DNA from: Ramazzottius varieornatus
Lineage: Eukaryota > Animalia > Tardigrada
Direction: 5' to 3'
Length of the DNA stretch: 64,000 nt
NCBI GenBank assembly: GCA_001949185.1
Contig: BDGG01000023.1
Location: 1 to 64,000 of the forward strand
The notes under the pieces are model-generated. The model did no database searches. It saw nothing but the letters and a program-made list of their open reading frames with translations, and was not told the origin of the DNA. The position numbers were made by a program, and so were the translations under genes. This document shows, in pieces, positions 13,004-25,105 of this stretch. Positions within the stretch are counted from its first letter, which is position 1. Each line of letters begins with the position of its first letter.

Positions 13004-14345
13004 AGGATGGTTTCACCAGACTAAAATACGAGAACCCAAAACAACAATGGGTATCAAGAGCCGGGCCAGCTCGCGGGCTTTAGTGTTGGTGTCGGTTACT
13101 TGTCCGATGTGATATCATGATCGCCGCTCAATCCAGTCGCCCAACGCTTTTTTGTCTCTTATTCATCTTTGTACTACGTCTTCATCTGTACCATTTCCCA
13201 ATTTAATATTTCTTTTCAGTTCACGTGTTTTCTTTAATCACTAGGTCGGGCTCCTGGGCATTTCCTTAACTCTGTGACTGGACAAAGTTATTTTCTTTCT
13301 TGCCGACTACTGTGTCGCGATGACTCTGACACGGTGATTCAGCATGGTTATGGCACCCAACACGGCCACTCTCTTGGTTATGTCGGTCGAGTAACAAGGA
13401 AGAAGCGGTACTTGTGGAGATGACTCTTTGCGCTGGATGTTTTTGACAACTTAAATATTAGCTCTCGCTGATACTGTTGGATCAGTTTTAGTTTACATGG
13501 CCGATGACGAGACAAATCTTTTTTTGCTGTTATACATACAGAAAAACTCCTTTGACATTCAGCAAATAATTTTCCATTTTAGTTTTAAGCCATCGAAGGG
13601 TATTTTCTCACTTTTGGATAACAAGCTGCTGAATTTTGGGGTCCGGTTCCGACATTACGTTGCGCAAATTTTAGGCGGCAGGCGAATCGGCCTATCACCA
13701 AACGATAAAACTGAAGAGAGACACATGACGAATGTAGAGTTCACCGCGCGGAAGTCAAGTGGCGTTTCGTCATACCTTTCGGTGCAGCCAAGTACCGGGC
13801 TTACGCATGGCGCCTGTACGTACACGCCGCCATGAAATTACGAAGAGTTTTTCAGCTTTCCCAGGTAAAAGTACCGACACCTGATTTAGTCATAACTCGA
13901 TCCGCAGAAAAGACAAAAAAGTTGGTGAAGTCGCCCAAGAACTCCCACTGTGCCTATTGGCTGGTGAGACGTACGATGTCAGAGAACTCGACACCGCATG
14001 TTCATAAACCCCAATGGAAAAAGGGTGTGGAACCCTCATACGCGATGGGATCGGTTTCTGCTTATGCCGTACAATATCGGTGTCAGTAATTAAGAGCAAG
14101 AAGCTGCCCTTCATAACTTTACTGTCTACTGACTCGAGTTTCTTTTACTGCGGCTCGTTAAACGACGCACTATTCCATAAAGTTGCGAATTTATGAGACT
14201 ATGATGGACTGATGTGCTTGTTAATGAGACATAAGCAGCTGTTTAAAGACGGGTGGTCTTTTTCTTCTTCCTAGTGGCTTCTGTGGATCTTCGTTGTTTA
14301 TTTTGAGATTCTCCGTGAGTAATTTGTTTGAACAACGGTAGCGAT

Positions 14346-15209
14346 ATGACGCGCTTCCGATCTCAGAGTTTAGGCACCGTGCCCGGTACCATTGAGACCG
14401 TCGAAGAAGGTCAAGGTCGCGTGGTCCGCATGTTGAACCGGCTACAACGGAGGAAGGACCGATCGGACGTCAGAAGTATTCGGGGAATATTGGGACTGGG
14501 AATATTCAGCGTGGTTTTCGGCCTGATGGCTCTTTGCGTCGAAGCTACGAGTAAGATTCCCTGGTACATCTTTGGCTACATATCGTGATGACTTTTATAG
14601 AACGTCCCCATCATCCTGTCCATTACTCATCTTCTATTTAAGACAGGGTTCTATGAGTGCGTTTTTCTTGTAGCGAAAGTGAAGTACCCACGAGCCAGCG
14701 CGGCGCTGTTGAGTATTGAGGCCGCGGGTATCTTCGTCGGTTGTTTCTCCATGCTGTCCGGCGTCCTCGGAATCTTCACATGGAAGATCGCCCAGTCCGG
14801 CCACAAGAGTTGCCTGGTCAAGTTCCACAAGACCCTCTGCAACTTCAACATAGCCTGTTCCTTCGGGCTCTTCTGTCTTTCCCTGGTGGCGCTCGGCATT
14901 TATACTACCCTTCGCGACTGGCAACGCAAAGTTTCCCCATTCTTGGCATTCGAATCCAAAGTGGTCAAGCGCCTCGGTCATGAGGAGCTTGGTTTTCCCC
15001 AGCAGTATTTAGAAGAACTCGTGGTCCTAAAATCGTGCTCCATGAGCTTCCACCTTTTGATCTTTTTGACTTCAGCATTCACTTCGATATTTTGTCTGTT
15101 CAATATTTACGTGGGTAGTATGCCGGACTTTGGGAACTGTGCTTCGGCATTGACGGCTGTCGGTAATACGCTGTCCTTGAAAAGGCCCAAAAAGATCTCT
15201 CTGGCCTAG
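14346..15209 (+). CDS. four-transmembrane MS4A/CD20-like protein, 2 exons (14346-14550, 14674-15209)
   Basis: Phase-1 GT-AG intron 14551-14673 joins the exons in frame. Four hydrophobic helices; TM2 AAGIFVGCFSMLSGVLGI resembles the CD20/MS4A GxWxGxxxxxSGxLxI motif. Confidence 0.7.
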
Positions 15210-16131
15210 TCGAAATACTAAATCGCCAATAAAAACCATATGCAAAAGCTTTCGGATCAAAAAGGTTTTTTTTACTACGGTGCAGTTTTGAACGCTTGAT
15301 CTGGCGGGGGTAGCCTTACAGCACAAAGATGGTAAGACATATATTTTCCTTTCTGGTTTGAATGTGAGAAGATACCGCAAGATGAATACATTGCAAAGGC
15401 ACGCCATGTAGCACTGAGTCATTTGCATGACTAGCTCGATGAGTATATTTTTTCTCGTTTTTCTCTGGCGGAAAATCACGCAGTTATGGACTTGCGTCCA
15501 CCGAATAGTGTTATATGGGTCTTTAATCGGCAGTTAATCTACGACTGTGTGGTGTCAATGGCGCCATACAGGTGATTACAGAATACCACTCCGTCTTCGA
15601 CAAAGAAGAACACAACATTGCCGCGGGGTACGTTGAGCAAATGTCGGTAGTCGACTTACATGTTGATCTCCAACCTGACAAAACACCTCATACACGCTCA
15701 ATATTAGCCCGGCAAATGAGTGGACAAATTTTCGGCGAACAAAGGCAGCTTCCTTGTGCCGACTCTGCAGTTCTTTGTTTTCGTCTCTGCGCCGCGTCTG
15801 CTGCACGCTTTTTTTGTTAAGCCAGCACTGCCGCACCTTCACGATCGCCGCTCCTTGTTACAATAATAGCGACAGCGTGCTCTGTACCCATCAATTAAAA
15901 GTGGCGTGCTTGTTATTTTTCGATATTTTTCGTGTCGCTTATTTTTGGATGAAGTTCAAGGCGTGGTACGGCATGGTTGTTCTGTTGTGGTATGCAAAGC
16001 AGTACTGTACCACTTTTATGTAAGCTGTATCTCTTGCAAGTTATGATAGTGAAGTAGTGAACTTGACAGAAAGAACACCTAAGTACACGTGTTGATATTG
16101 CTCGTAACATCAACGCGGGTATGAGTCACTA

Positions 16132-16400
16132 CAGACATTAAGTTGCCACCGCCAGATTAAAGTCCCACTGTAGCTAAGATGAGTTGCAACGTCACTCATA
16201 AGCGCAGCAGCTGATCAGAACTTTGAATAGTTGAGCAGCCACCATGCTTCACAATGCTAGCCAACCGTAACTCCGATCACGCTATTTTTCGAAAACAAGG
16301 GGAGCTACGGAAAGCAAAATGTAGTTACAAGTCACGAAAGGGGCGGAGCAAGGCCGTAGCTACAGTTGCAAAGTGAACGGGAGTGGCAACTTAATCTCTA
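16132..16400. mobile_element. MITE with 18-bp TIR, TA target
   Basis: TA|cagacattaagttgccac ... gtggcaacttaatctcta|TA. Confidence 0.65.
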
Positions 16401-16422
16401 TACTGACTTGTCTGGCACTGTA

Positions 16423-16586
16423 CACGTGCCTGCCCTAAATGTGGGGATGGACAAAAATGTGGGGAACGGAGCGAAAGCGACTGTGCTTCGATTGATTTAA
16501 TTGATTGGTCAACCACAGCTGGCCCGTGTCGCTTTCGCTCCGTTCCCCACATTTTCGTCCATCCCTACATTTAGGCCAGGCGCGTG
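16423..16586. mobile_element. hairpin MITE with ~58-bp near-perfect TIRs
   Basis: cacgtgcctgccctaaatgtggggatggacaaaaatgtggggaacggagcgaaagcgac is mirrored by gtcgctttcgctccgttccccacattttcgtccatccctacatttaggccaggcgcgtg. Confidence 0.85.
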
Positions 16587-16813
16587 TGTCCTAAGTTCTT
16601 TTTCCGTGTGTTCGAACCATCCTTCAGTGTCTATTAATACAGCCCATTCCATACCTAGCGCACACCGCTCTTCTAACGACTCAGTGATACCGCAACGCAT
16701 CAAACAAAGAACGCGACCAAATGTTCCGATTTTCTGGTCTGCTTAACCAGCCCGGAAGATTATAGAGTTTGGTAGCTGAATTCTCGAAATTTAGCATAGG
16801 CCGTACAGTACTA

Positions 16814-16954
16814 CAATGAAGAAAGTACTGCTCTGCAGGTGATCCCGTGATTTAGTCTGTGGTTTAGTGTACGACAAGGTCACTGTGACTGCGGTAATGC
16901 ATCCATAACTGCTTATCAAGGTTGGTCATTGGTAGGGCAGTTCTTTATCATTGT
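16814..16954. mobile_element. MITE family D, degenerate copy
   Basis: TA|caatgaagaaag ... ctttatcattg|TA. Shares the internal acaaggtcactgtgactg with 20039-20176. Confidence 0.6.
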
Positions 16955-18096
16955 ATCGATTCTACAGGTACAGTCCGCTCGTCCGAAATATACTCCTTTT
17001 TTCATTTCGATTTGCGGCTTACTATACACACATCATACAGAACGCTAAGCAGGATGCCGTATTGCATGAAGTGAAAATTATTGTCTTTAGCGATAATTGT
17101 GGTTAATGTTTTGATTCCCAGCTGATCAGATGTGTTGGGCATGGCTAGCAGTCTTGTTAACTGTCCTGATTTACCTCTTTTGAAATTGAGAAACTAAGGG
17201 TACATTTTAAACAAGCGGTCTGTTTCAGTTCTTGGTATGCGCAGTGCCAAAAACTATCGAGGTCGCTGGTTACAGCCAACGAAGCAAATAAAACTGCATA
17301 GTGCTTGTGCGCCTTTATTACCTTGAACTGAACTTCAACCTTTTTTGATACAGTCTATGCCAAGAGTTGATACCCTATGGATGGGGATGCCCTTTTGCTG
17401 GAAGGCAACAATTGCGCCGGATAAGTTCAGTCCCGGCATAATTGTGTGCTTGTAGCCATCTAGCTATAAAGACACAACTATGCCGGCTACACACGCGTAC
17501 CTCCCAACCCCAACCAAGCCGCATCTCGCACAACTTCCGTTTGGAACGCCCGGATGGGTTAGTGTGTTCCACGGTGTGCACGGCTTTAGCAAGCCACAAT
17601 GCGCGAAAAGCCCCAATTATGCCGAAAATGTGACGATGTCAAGTTAGAGAAGGCTCGACGAGGCGAAAATAAGAAATCTTGCCGTTCTTTGCCGCGGCGG
17701 AAATTAATTTTCGCCACGAGGAAAAAACATTGCGTGTTCGGTTGCCTGATTGATCAGGAATGCTTTCGGCGCGGCGAAGAACGGCGAAAATTCTTTGTTC
17801 GCTTCGCCGAGCTTTATCTACGTCAAGCAACCAAATTTTTCAGAGTGACGTTGCAGCACTACGAGAGACAGAGCGAATGCGGAGGCTTATACGGGTGTGG
17901 TTATACGGGTCACGGCTGTGCTTATACGGGTGCAATGTTTTCTGTCTAGTGGCATGCCATATGAACGAAAACATGCAGCACTGGTGCGCTTTACGGCGCA
18001 AAGACAAAATGATTCCGGAGAGGGGCACAATTATGCTAGAGGGGATACAACTATGCCGGTACTCACCCCCAAATATGATCACCAAGGTACTTTTGG

Positions 18097-19217
18097 TTAT
18101 GGTAAATATTTCAAAAAACTACGCATCAGAGGGGAGAATTTGAGGTTGACCGAAATTGCTGCTTTTGTGAGAGGACGTCTGTGCTCGGGAAGCGATGGCA
18201 TTTCCAAAGGTTCGACTTCCGCAACATGCTTGATGAACACGCGCTTCGGGAACTTGCGGTAATCAGCACTCATGCAGAGAAAGATTACCTGAAACCAGAC
18301 CGACAATACGAGGATTATTGTATCGTTCCAGGTATGAAAGCAAAGCATGAGAAGATCATATGGCAAACCTATCGGGTGCAAAGCATAACCCATTACCAAT
18401 ACGGCCCGCAAAGCCAGATGCAACAAAGGGTAGGTGACATAGGGCGGCCACGGCGCAGCTATTACTGGCGTGAGCAACGAACAGGCAGCCGGTACTAAGA
18501 ATCCCGCAAACAGCATCTTCGACGCTCGCATTCGTCGGTTGAGTAACGCGACCTTTGCCGCCAAAGCGGAAGGCGTCACTAAGTTAGTCTTGCCACTTTA
18601 TGACCGTCTTAGCCGACGTATGAAAATGAGGCAAAACATGGTCAAGTAGAGAGCACCCTCCACTCCAATGGGAACGTAAGCATTGAAGCACAGCAGAATG
18701 AAGAAATCTCGCGCGCGGCCCTTGAGACCTCTCAAGGTGCAGCTTTTCCAGAAGTTGTTCGAATCGATGGTGGCGCCAGCTTGAATGATTGGCATGAGCT
18801 TTATCGCTTCTTTCCTGGTTACGGCCTTGTATTGGTGGGGAAAAATAACTGCAACGAAGCGGTTAAGAGCAATCAACATCTCAGTCCAGTGGGTGGCCAG
18901 AAGAATGACGTAGTAGATCCAGCCGACGGTTTGACATGTGGATGGGGTGGGAGGATGATCCCGTGCAAGGTAGGTCTGCACAGTTACGACGGGATACGAG
19001 ATGAAGAGAAGGGTTCCCTCGGTGAGGAACCTGATCGCAGACTGCGTGTGGTCAGAATGGTGAAAGCTAAACCGTAACTTAAGGCACTGCCGGAAAAGCT
19101 GAACGTCAGCATCACAAATGCCCATATCTTGAGGTCTATGGCGAACTGCTGATCAAGTAGAGAAATGTTCGTTCTTGCGTGTTGGTGATCAGTGATATTG
19201 AAGGATGAACTGAACAT
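18097..19217 (-). pseudogene. rhodopsin-like (class A) orphan GPCR pseudogene, paralog of 37775-38969
   Basis: LKIWAFVMLTFSFSGSALSYGLAFTILTTRSLRSGS, ATHWTEMLIALNRFVAVIFPHQYK and GYALHP. Frameshift near 19030, TM4 deleted, stop at 18598 and a mutated donor (ataggt) after HP. Confidence 0.85.
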
Positions 19218-19765
19218 TATAACCGCCAGAATGATCAGCAGAGAGCACTCTTCAACTTTAGTTTAGCGATAAATAAAAAACAACAGTATCTTCAACCACG
19301 ATAGCATTTTATGGTCACCAGCGCTAGAAGTTCAAGTTGCCTCGTCGCAAGAACTTGCTTTTGTCAGTTTGCAGGGATAAACAGGATGATAGGTGACTGT
19401 TCATACATTGCCGCGAGCACTCAGAGTTTATCGCCATGTGATGCAAATCATGCAATAGTTGGTGGGAAGGTGAAGGGCACATGGTTACAATTTGGTCGGA
19501 CCGGATACTTGAATTTCTAATTTCTGGCGCCCCCCAGGAGACCTCAACCGTCAACCGCTACAACAGTCTACGGTGCTTCCTACCTGTTACGTATGTTGGC
19601 CCCAGACTAGCACACGATGTATGTAAGTGTCGAAAAAAGAAACCTTACCCACGGCCGAGGGGCAGCGTGATCTTCGGAAAGTACTGTACCTGACCGAGCT
19701 GTCTTTGACGTCAGTTTCACATAGGCCTTCTTAGATAACAAAACCAGTACCAGATGGCGTTGGAC

Positions 19766-22605
19766 TCATAGCTCTGACTTCGCAGAGGTCTTGAACCCAA
19801 GTCGCGGTCGGTAACAAAGGAAGGTCACATCGAGTATCCACCATACAGCATGACTTGCTCCATTTTCATCAAGCTGACACCTCCTGCGAACAGCAAGAAA
19901 ACTTGTGGAACAGCCACTTCTTTAGAAATGAACGGAGGTGAGCTTACTTGCGCAACCAGACGGCTGAAGAAACTACCACCACTAGTATGATGATTGCCAC
20001 TACAGCTCCAACCGATGACGACAGGATCTTTACACCTACAATGTCGAAAGTGCTTCCCAGCCCGTGATCAAATCTGATTGGTTTATTGTGTCCGCACAAG
20101 GTCACTGTGACTGTAGTAACGTGCCAACAACTGCTAGTCAATTTTGACCACGGGCTGGGAAGCACTTTCGACATTGTATAAAAGCATCGTCAGTGACTAC
20201 GACGGCATGTGTGACCTAATAAGACATTAGAAATGGTTTACAGGGCAGATGAAGTGCACGTACCGTGCTGAGCATGACATTGCTCGTCCGAGTAGCCACA
20301 GATGGGCTGGTTAACTGGAGGACCCGTTGAGTAAAGCCAGCTTGCGGCCAGTCTCGATGAGACCTCGACGAAAGATTTTGATTCAACCGCGTATTTCCAA
20401 GTTGTCTATTCAGCGAGAAGTAAAAGCTGAACTCAGTCGAGTGTGCCATACTTTGCGAATCGATTCAGATTGGCGAAAATGCAATACTGTAATCACCTCG
20501 AAGCTGTTGGTCTCCGTGTCGAAACGCTCGAAAAGAACATCGCTAGTCCGTAGTCCTGTGACCGCGGCACGAAAGGAGCATGCATACACAGTTACGAGGA
20601 GGACATAGCGGGAGTTGTCGGGCAAGGTGGACTTGTAAGTCGAAGTTCTTGCCTTCCGCTCATCCTTCTTTCAGTTTTTACTTGGTTTGATAGATACAGA
20701 TCTAAATTGCACACCAGTTCGAAATCAGAAGATTTGGATGAACGAAAGGCCAAAAGTTCGACCTGATAAGTCCACCATGCCTGACAACTTCGCTATGTCC
20801 CCTTGTAGGTGATCCTCCTAAAATCTAGCCAATTACCAGTCGGAGAGATGTAAACGTCCCGTGAAATTAGATTAAAGGTACGATTAAGGAACTTGGGTGC
20901 GAACTGCCTTCCGGACAGGCTTTGGTCGTGAAGTGAGCTCGTAGTCTCGTTGAGGACCTGCAGGAGCATGGTCGATGGAACCTTGCACGCGGCTAGATAC
21001 TGTGAAGTAAAATACGGGACATGCAATACCTGGACCAAAGCCGCAGCTACTTCGTACGCGCAGACCGTTAAATCGTTCTCCTGCAAGACTGAAGGGCTGC
21101 AGTCCAGGATACCACAAACAAGTGCCGGGTGTTGAGGTCATGTGCACCTTCTGACTGTTCGGTAACGTGTAGTTATACTTCGCAAGAGAAATGTTCTGAA
21201 TGTCATTGAGAAGGGAGCTTATCCTGTTCCAGTCCGCGTTCGGTGGACTTGCAACGATTAGTGACCGAAAGGCGTGTCGAACCACCTGGCGGGAATACAA
21301 AACAGTAACACCGACTATATGCCCGGATCTTTGACGCCTCTGCACTTATACGCGCACCAACCTGGTCATTCTTGTCTCCATACTCCCAATCGATATCTTC
21401 CAAAATCGGAACTTTACTCGCACTCCCAACTATGAAAATCTGCGAAAAAACATGACCTATGCTGGAGTAATTGGACCACCCTGCTTAGCCGACTGAGAGG
21501 TGACTCACGAAATCTCCATTCGTCATGTTGGCACGATTCGCATTGATCTACATAATTCGCGGCCCGGTAGTTATCGTCCTGTGTACTTGGTTATGCACAA
21601 GATATTGCTCAGTTCTTGCAGAACGTGACGTACCATAATCTCTCGTAATATAAGAGGACGGGTAACAATGAGGATTACTATAAACAGATGTATCAAATTG
21701 AACAAACAACATTTTCACCCGATCACGAAACTGCTCGCCACCTAGCTGCGCTGTACTTTTATCACTGTACTATAAACAATTCTCGACGGACGGTTTTAAA
21801 TCCCTACTGACCGGGCTTCCCCCGTACCTCGGCACTGCTTGCGTGCTTGCTGCAAGAAGGTTCCGTAGTCCATTGAACTGTTTGTGGTAGAATCAAACTG
21901 AACAAAATATGACAAATACAACTCCCGAAATTTGTCGAAAACACGGTGGAGATTAATGCACATCAGCTGAAAGTACGTCGCAGCTTGAGACCGCAATAAG
22001 TCATCACACAGCACAGTAACTGTGGTCCATCTGAAATACTTTAGGAGGCGGATGAATCCAGCCACGTAGCTGGGATGATCTGTTGGTCCAAAAGCAATTA
22101 ACGATGGGTAGCGGTTACGGTTTGCCAACGAAAGGTCACTGCTGATGCTGTAACAAATAACTCGGCGTTACTGTTGACCACTTTCAGTCTTATCCTCTAA
22201 TGATCAACATACTAACGTTGCCAACAATGGCACGTCCCATTCCCGGGCAAAATCCCCCAAAGTCATCATTTCCAAGCTACAACCAGGGGAAATTAGAATG
22301 GTCGAGGCGTTTAACTGGCGTATCAGGATATCGATCTCTCCAGAAATGACAGGCATCATAGCAGCTGCTTCTGCGCAGGAGTACGAGCCACGTTTATGAA
22401 ACGTGTGCTGACTGATTTTTTCCAGTACTTCCGGGTAGGTCAAGCGCAAGCTTTCGAAAGATGCTTCATAAGCCGGTGCCTGAACGTAGTATCCGTGAGC
22501 CGGGTTGTCGCCAATAATGACTATCACGATATTTACAGACGACCTGGCGCTGACCAAGTTGATACATCCAAAAACGAATAAAATACACAAGACTGATAGA
22601 TTCAT
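19766..22605 (-). CDS. single-pass ANF-receptor (natriuretic peptide receptor-type Venus-flytrap) protein lacking kinase-homology and guanylyl cyclase domains
   Basis: Signal peptide MNLSVLCILFVFGCINLVSA; ILISPGCSLEMMTLGDFAREWDVPLLAT; LANRNRYPSLIAF; LLKYFRWTTVTVLCD; NMTNGDF; FLNRTFNL; juxtamembrane PPVNQPICGYSDEQC; TM ILSSSVGAVVAIIILVVVVSSAVWL; ~40-aa tail ending AVWWILD...KSEL*. The 3' exons join in frame through GT-AG introns. Confidence 0.85.
20039..20176. mobile_element. MITE family D with ~34-bp near-perfect TIR, inside an intron of the ANF-type receptor
   Basis: TA|caatgtcgaaagtgcttcccagcccgtgatcaaa ... tttgaccacgggctgggaagcactttcgacattg|TA. Confidence 0.9.
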
Positions 22606-24259
22606 AATTGGAATCGTTGCTGGGATGAACAGGTTGGTATCATCTACAACATAGTGTTTCTCTCAGAAGCCGTTAAACACTTTTGTACTCGATATATGCT
22701 GAATACCACAAACATCTTGGAATATAGCCAGGCACGTGAAGCCGGAAATTCATTGACGTGTAACTGATACCAACGGCACGTAATACATGCACTAGAACCT
22801 CTCATTTTTAGAATGATGAGCTTATTTCTAGAAGCGGGGAAAATACCTACCTGTACATATGCTACCAACATACCTGTACACGCTGTTCGATCGATTCATA
22901 AGTTTCGAAACGAAAGATAATGTAAGATCGTGATTTATGAAGGGTCTTTGCGAAACAAATAACTACATACTCAATCAGCAAGGCTGACAGTAAAGCGTGA
23001 TTCTGAGAAACTCCATGAGACCGTTCTACTTCGTCTGCCCATTTTCGTTTGTTGCACGCATTTGAGAGTGGGGGAAGATTGGTGCATAATTTCCTTTAGG
23101 TTTGGTCTATGTAAAGTCGTGGACAGTTGACGTTGATGAGAGTCATGCCCAGACACCACCGCAGCAGATCGTTCCGTAGCGTTGATGGCGATGTATCCTG
23201 CAAGTTCAGTGCTGTTCAGATATATTTAGCGGTGATCGCAGCGGTCATGGTAACAGACCTATATAGCCATACTGAAGCAAAGCTTATCATGAGAATAATG
23301 CAGCACCCCACACTCCATCCAATTGACCTCAGTAACAGTCGTCTCCCGACGAACAACAACATCCCCCGTGCATGCAGACCTGATATATTACTCAGTACAG
23401 TTCGTAGACCAAACGAAGGTCGTGAGACACTACCTTTTTGTCTACGAAATGTTTCAAGTATCTTTCGATATGTGTTTGATGTCTTCGAGCAAAGGGTTAA
23501 TTCTTCCCATTGTTGCTTTGGCGAACTGATTAGTATCACAGAACGGAAGGTGTGTCAAGCTTCTTGGAATGAATGTCGAGCACTAGCTCATGTTACAGAT
23601 TGATTCATTACCGAATGTAAAATTTGCCGTTTATTAGGATAGTCAAACAATTATGACCCTTACTAAATCGCTGATATCGCCATATTTGCATTCCGGATCC
23701 AGGCTTGAGGGCATTTTCTTCCCAGCGACTGCGGTAAACACATTGGAATACGGTAGAATAGTTAAATGTTTTTTGCTGTAATTACAGTACCGGTACACGT
23801 CTTATACATTTATACTTGAAAGTCCCACGTGGGCCCGATGTGCGGCAATCTGAACATTCCATGGGATTAGATCACGTTGAAGTAAATTACAATGACAACA
23901 AACATAAGTGTTCAGGGGAAACAGTGGAATTTTTACGCTGATTTTTTGCATGGTAGAATCCGGCGGCGCAGCACAGGGTGCAGATCCTTGTTAACCATCG
24001 CGGGGGGAAATTCTAAAAGTTGAGGAAAAAAAATTGCTACCTCTGCCAGGGCTTAATTGCGTTCTGCGTCGTTATGATTGAGGTTGAATTGAGCATGATT
24101 CAGATCTCTTCGAAAGCAATAACCTTCGCAGTGCTTTTGGGCATCAGCAAGCAGTGCGTCGTAGCTGATAAAACGTCTCGAGCCAGAATCCGACGCATGT
24201 TGAGACCTCTTATTTGGGCGATGGTTCCGAGTGAAGACCCGGACACACTATCGAATCTA

Positions 24260-24699
24260 CTGTGACAGAGGGTACCATCGTCACACCGTATCAGTACACG
24301 CACGACGAGAAAATATGGGCCAGTAAAAATTATTGGCCAGGCGGAAAAGACGGCAAAATAGAAATTCAACTGTAGAAAAGTGTAGGAAAGGGCGTTAGTG
24401 TGAGTCAGTCGCGTACGTACATGCTTTCGTACCGCCCTAGCGCAAAAGCCTAGGACCATATTCTTTACTGGCCCATAATTTCCCGTCGCGCGTGTATGTT
24501 GTATTCCCTGTACCAGGAGCGAGGTTTAACTTTGCTCAGTGTACAACTTTGCTTACCACACGTCACGAGCCGTGGGCAGGCTTCTTATGCTTTGTGAGGT
24601 ACATGAGCAAAGTTGTACGCTGAGCAAAATCGGACCTCGCTCCTCGCACAAGGCATACGACGTACTGGTACGGTGTGACGATCGTGCCCTCTATCACCG
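24260..24699. mobile_element. long-TIR MITE (about 100-bp arms) carrying a nested family C MITE
   Basis: ctgtgacagagggtaccatcgtcacaccgtatcagta + tgttgtattccctgtaccaggagcgagg..tttgctcagtgtacaactttgct is mirrored at 24604-24699. TA flanks. Confidence 0.85.
24297..24494. mobile_element. MITE family C copy, nested
   Basis: TA|cacgcacgacgagaaaatatgggccagtaaa ... tttactggcccataatttcccgtcgcgcgtg|TA. Confidence 0.88.
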
Positions 24700-25105
24700 T
24701 AGATGTCAAGAAGTGGAAACTCATTGCATGGCGTTCGTTCTGGATACGTTTAGAACCCTGACTCTAGACACACAGAAATTGCGGTACTGTAAATGTAATC
24801 TGATTCATGTCTACTGTCTACCAAAGTCTATGCATTCGCTAGCATGCGCGGAAGATGTGAGAGATGACAATGCAGAGCGCAAAATGTCCAACTCAGTACT
24901 GGCTCGTGCTCCAGTTGACAGACACAAATCAGCAGCAATGTCTTGCTTGATTTTGATATGGCTAGGGAAGTGGAAGTTCACCGTTCAAAGCAATGAACAC
25001 GTCAAGCGAGAGCAAGAAGAGTGTGCGGTTAAGAAACAAGGAAGAAATCGCTACTCCGGAAACTGCTACCGTTGGTGAACGATCCGAGGTATTGTACAAG
25101 ACCTA

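Noticed and set aside
15576-16113. Possible piggyBac C-terminal Cys-rich fragment
   Set aside because: Cys spacing is incomplete, and there is no DDD core or TTAA-flanked terminus.
22960-25080. Hydrophobic ORF pieces that might be another receptor pseudogene
   Set aside because: No family motif or consistent exon chain could be reconstructed.
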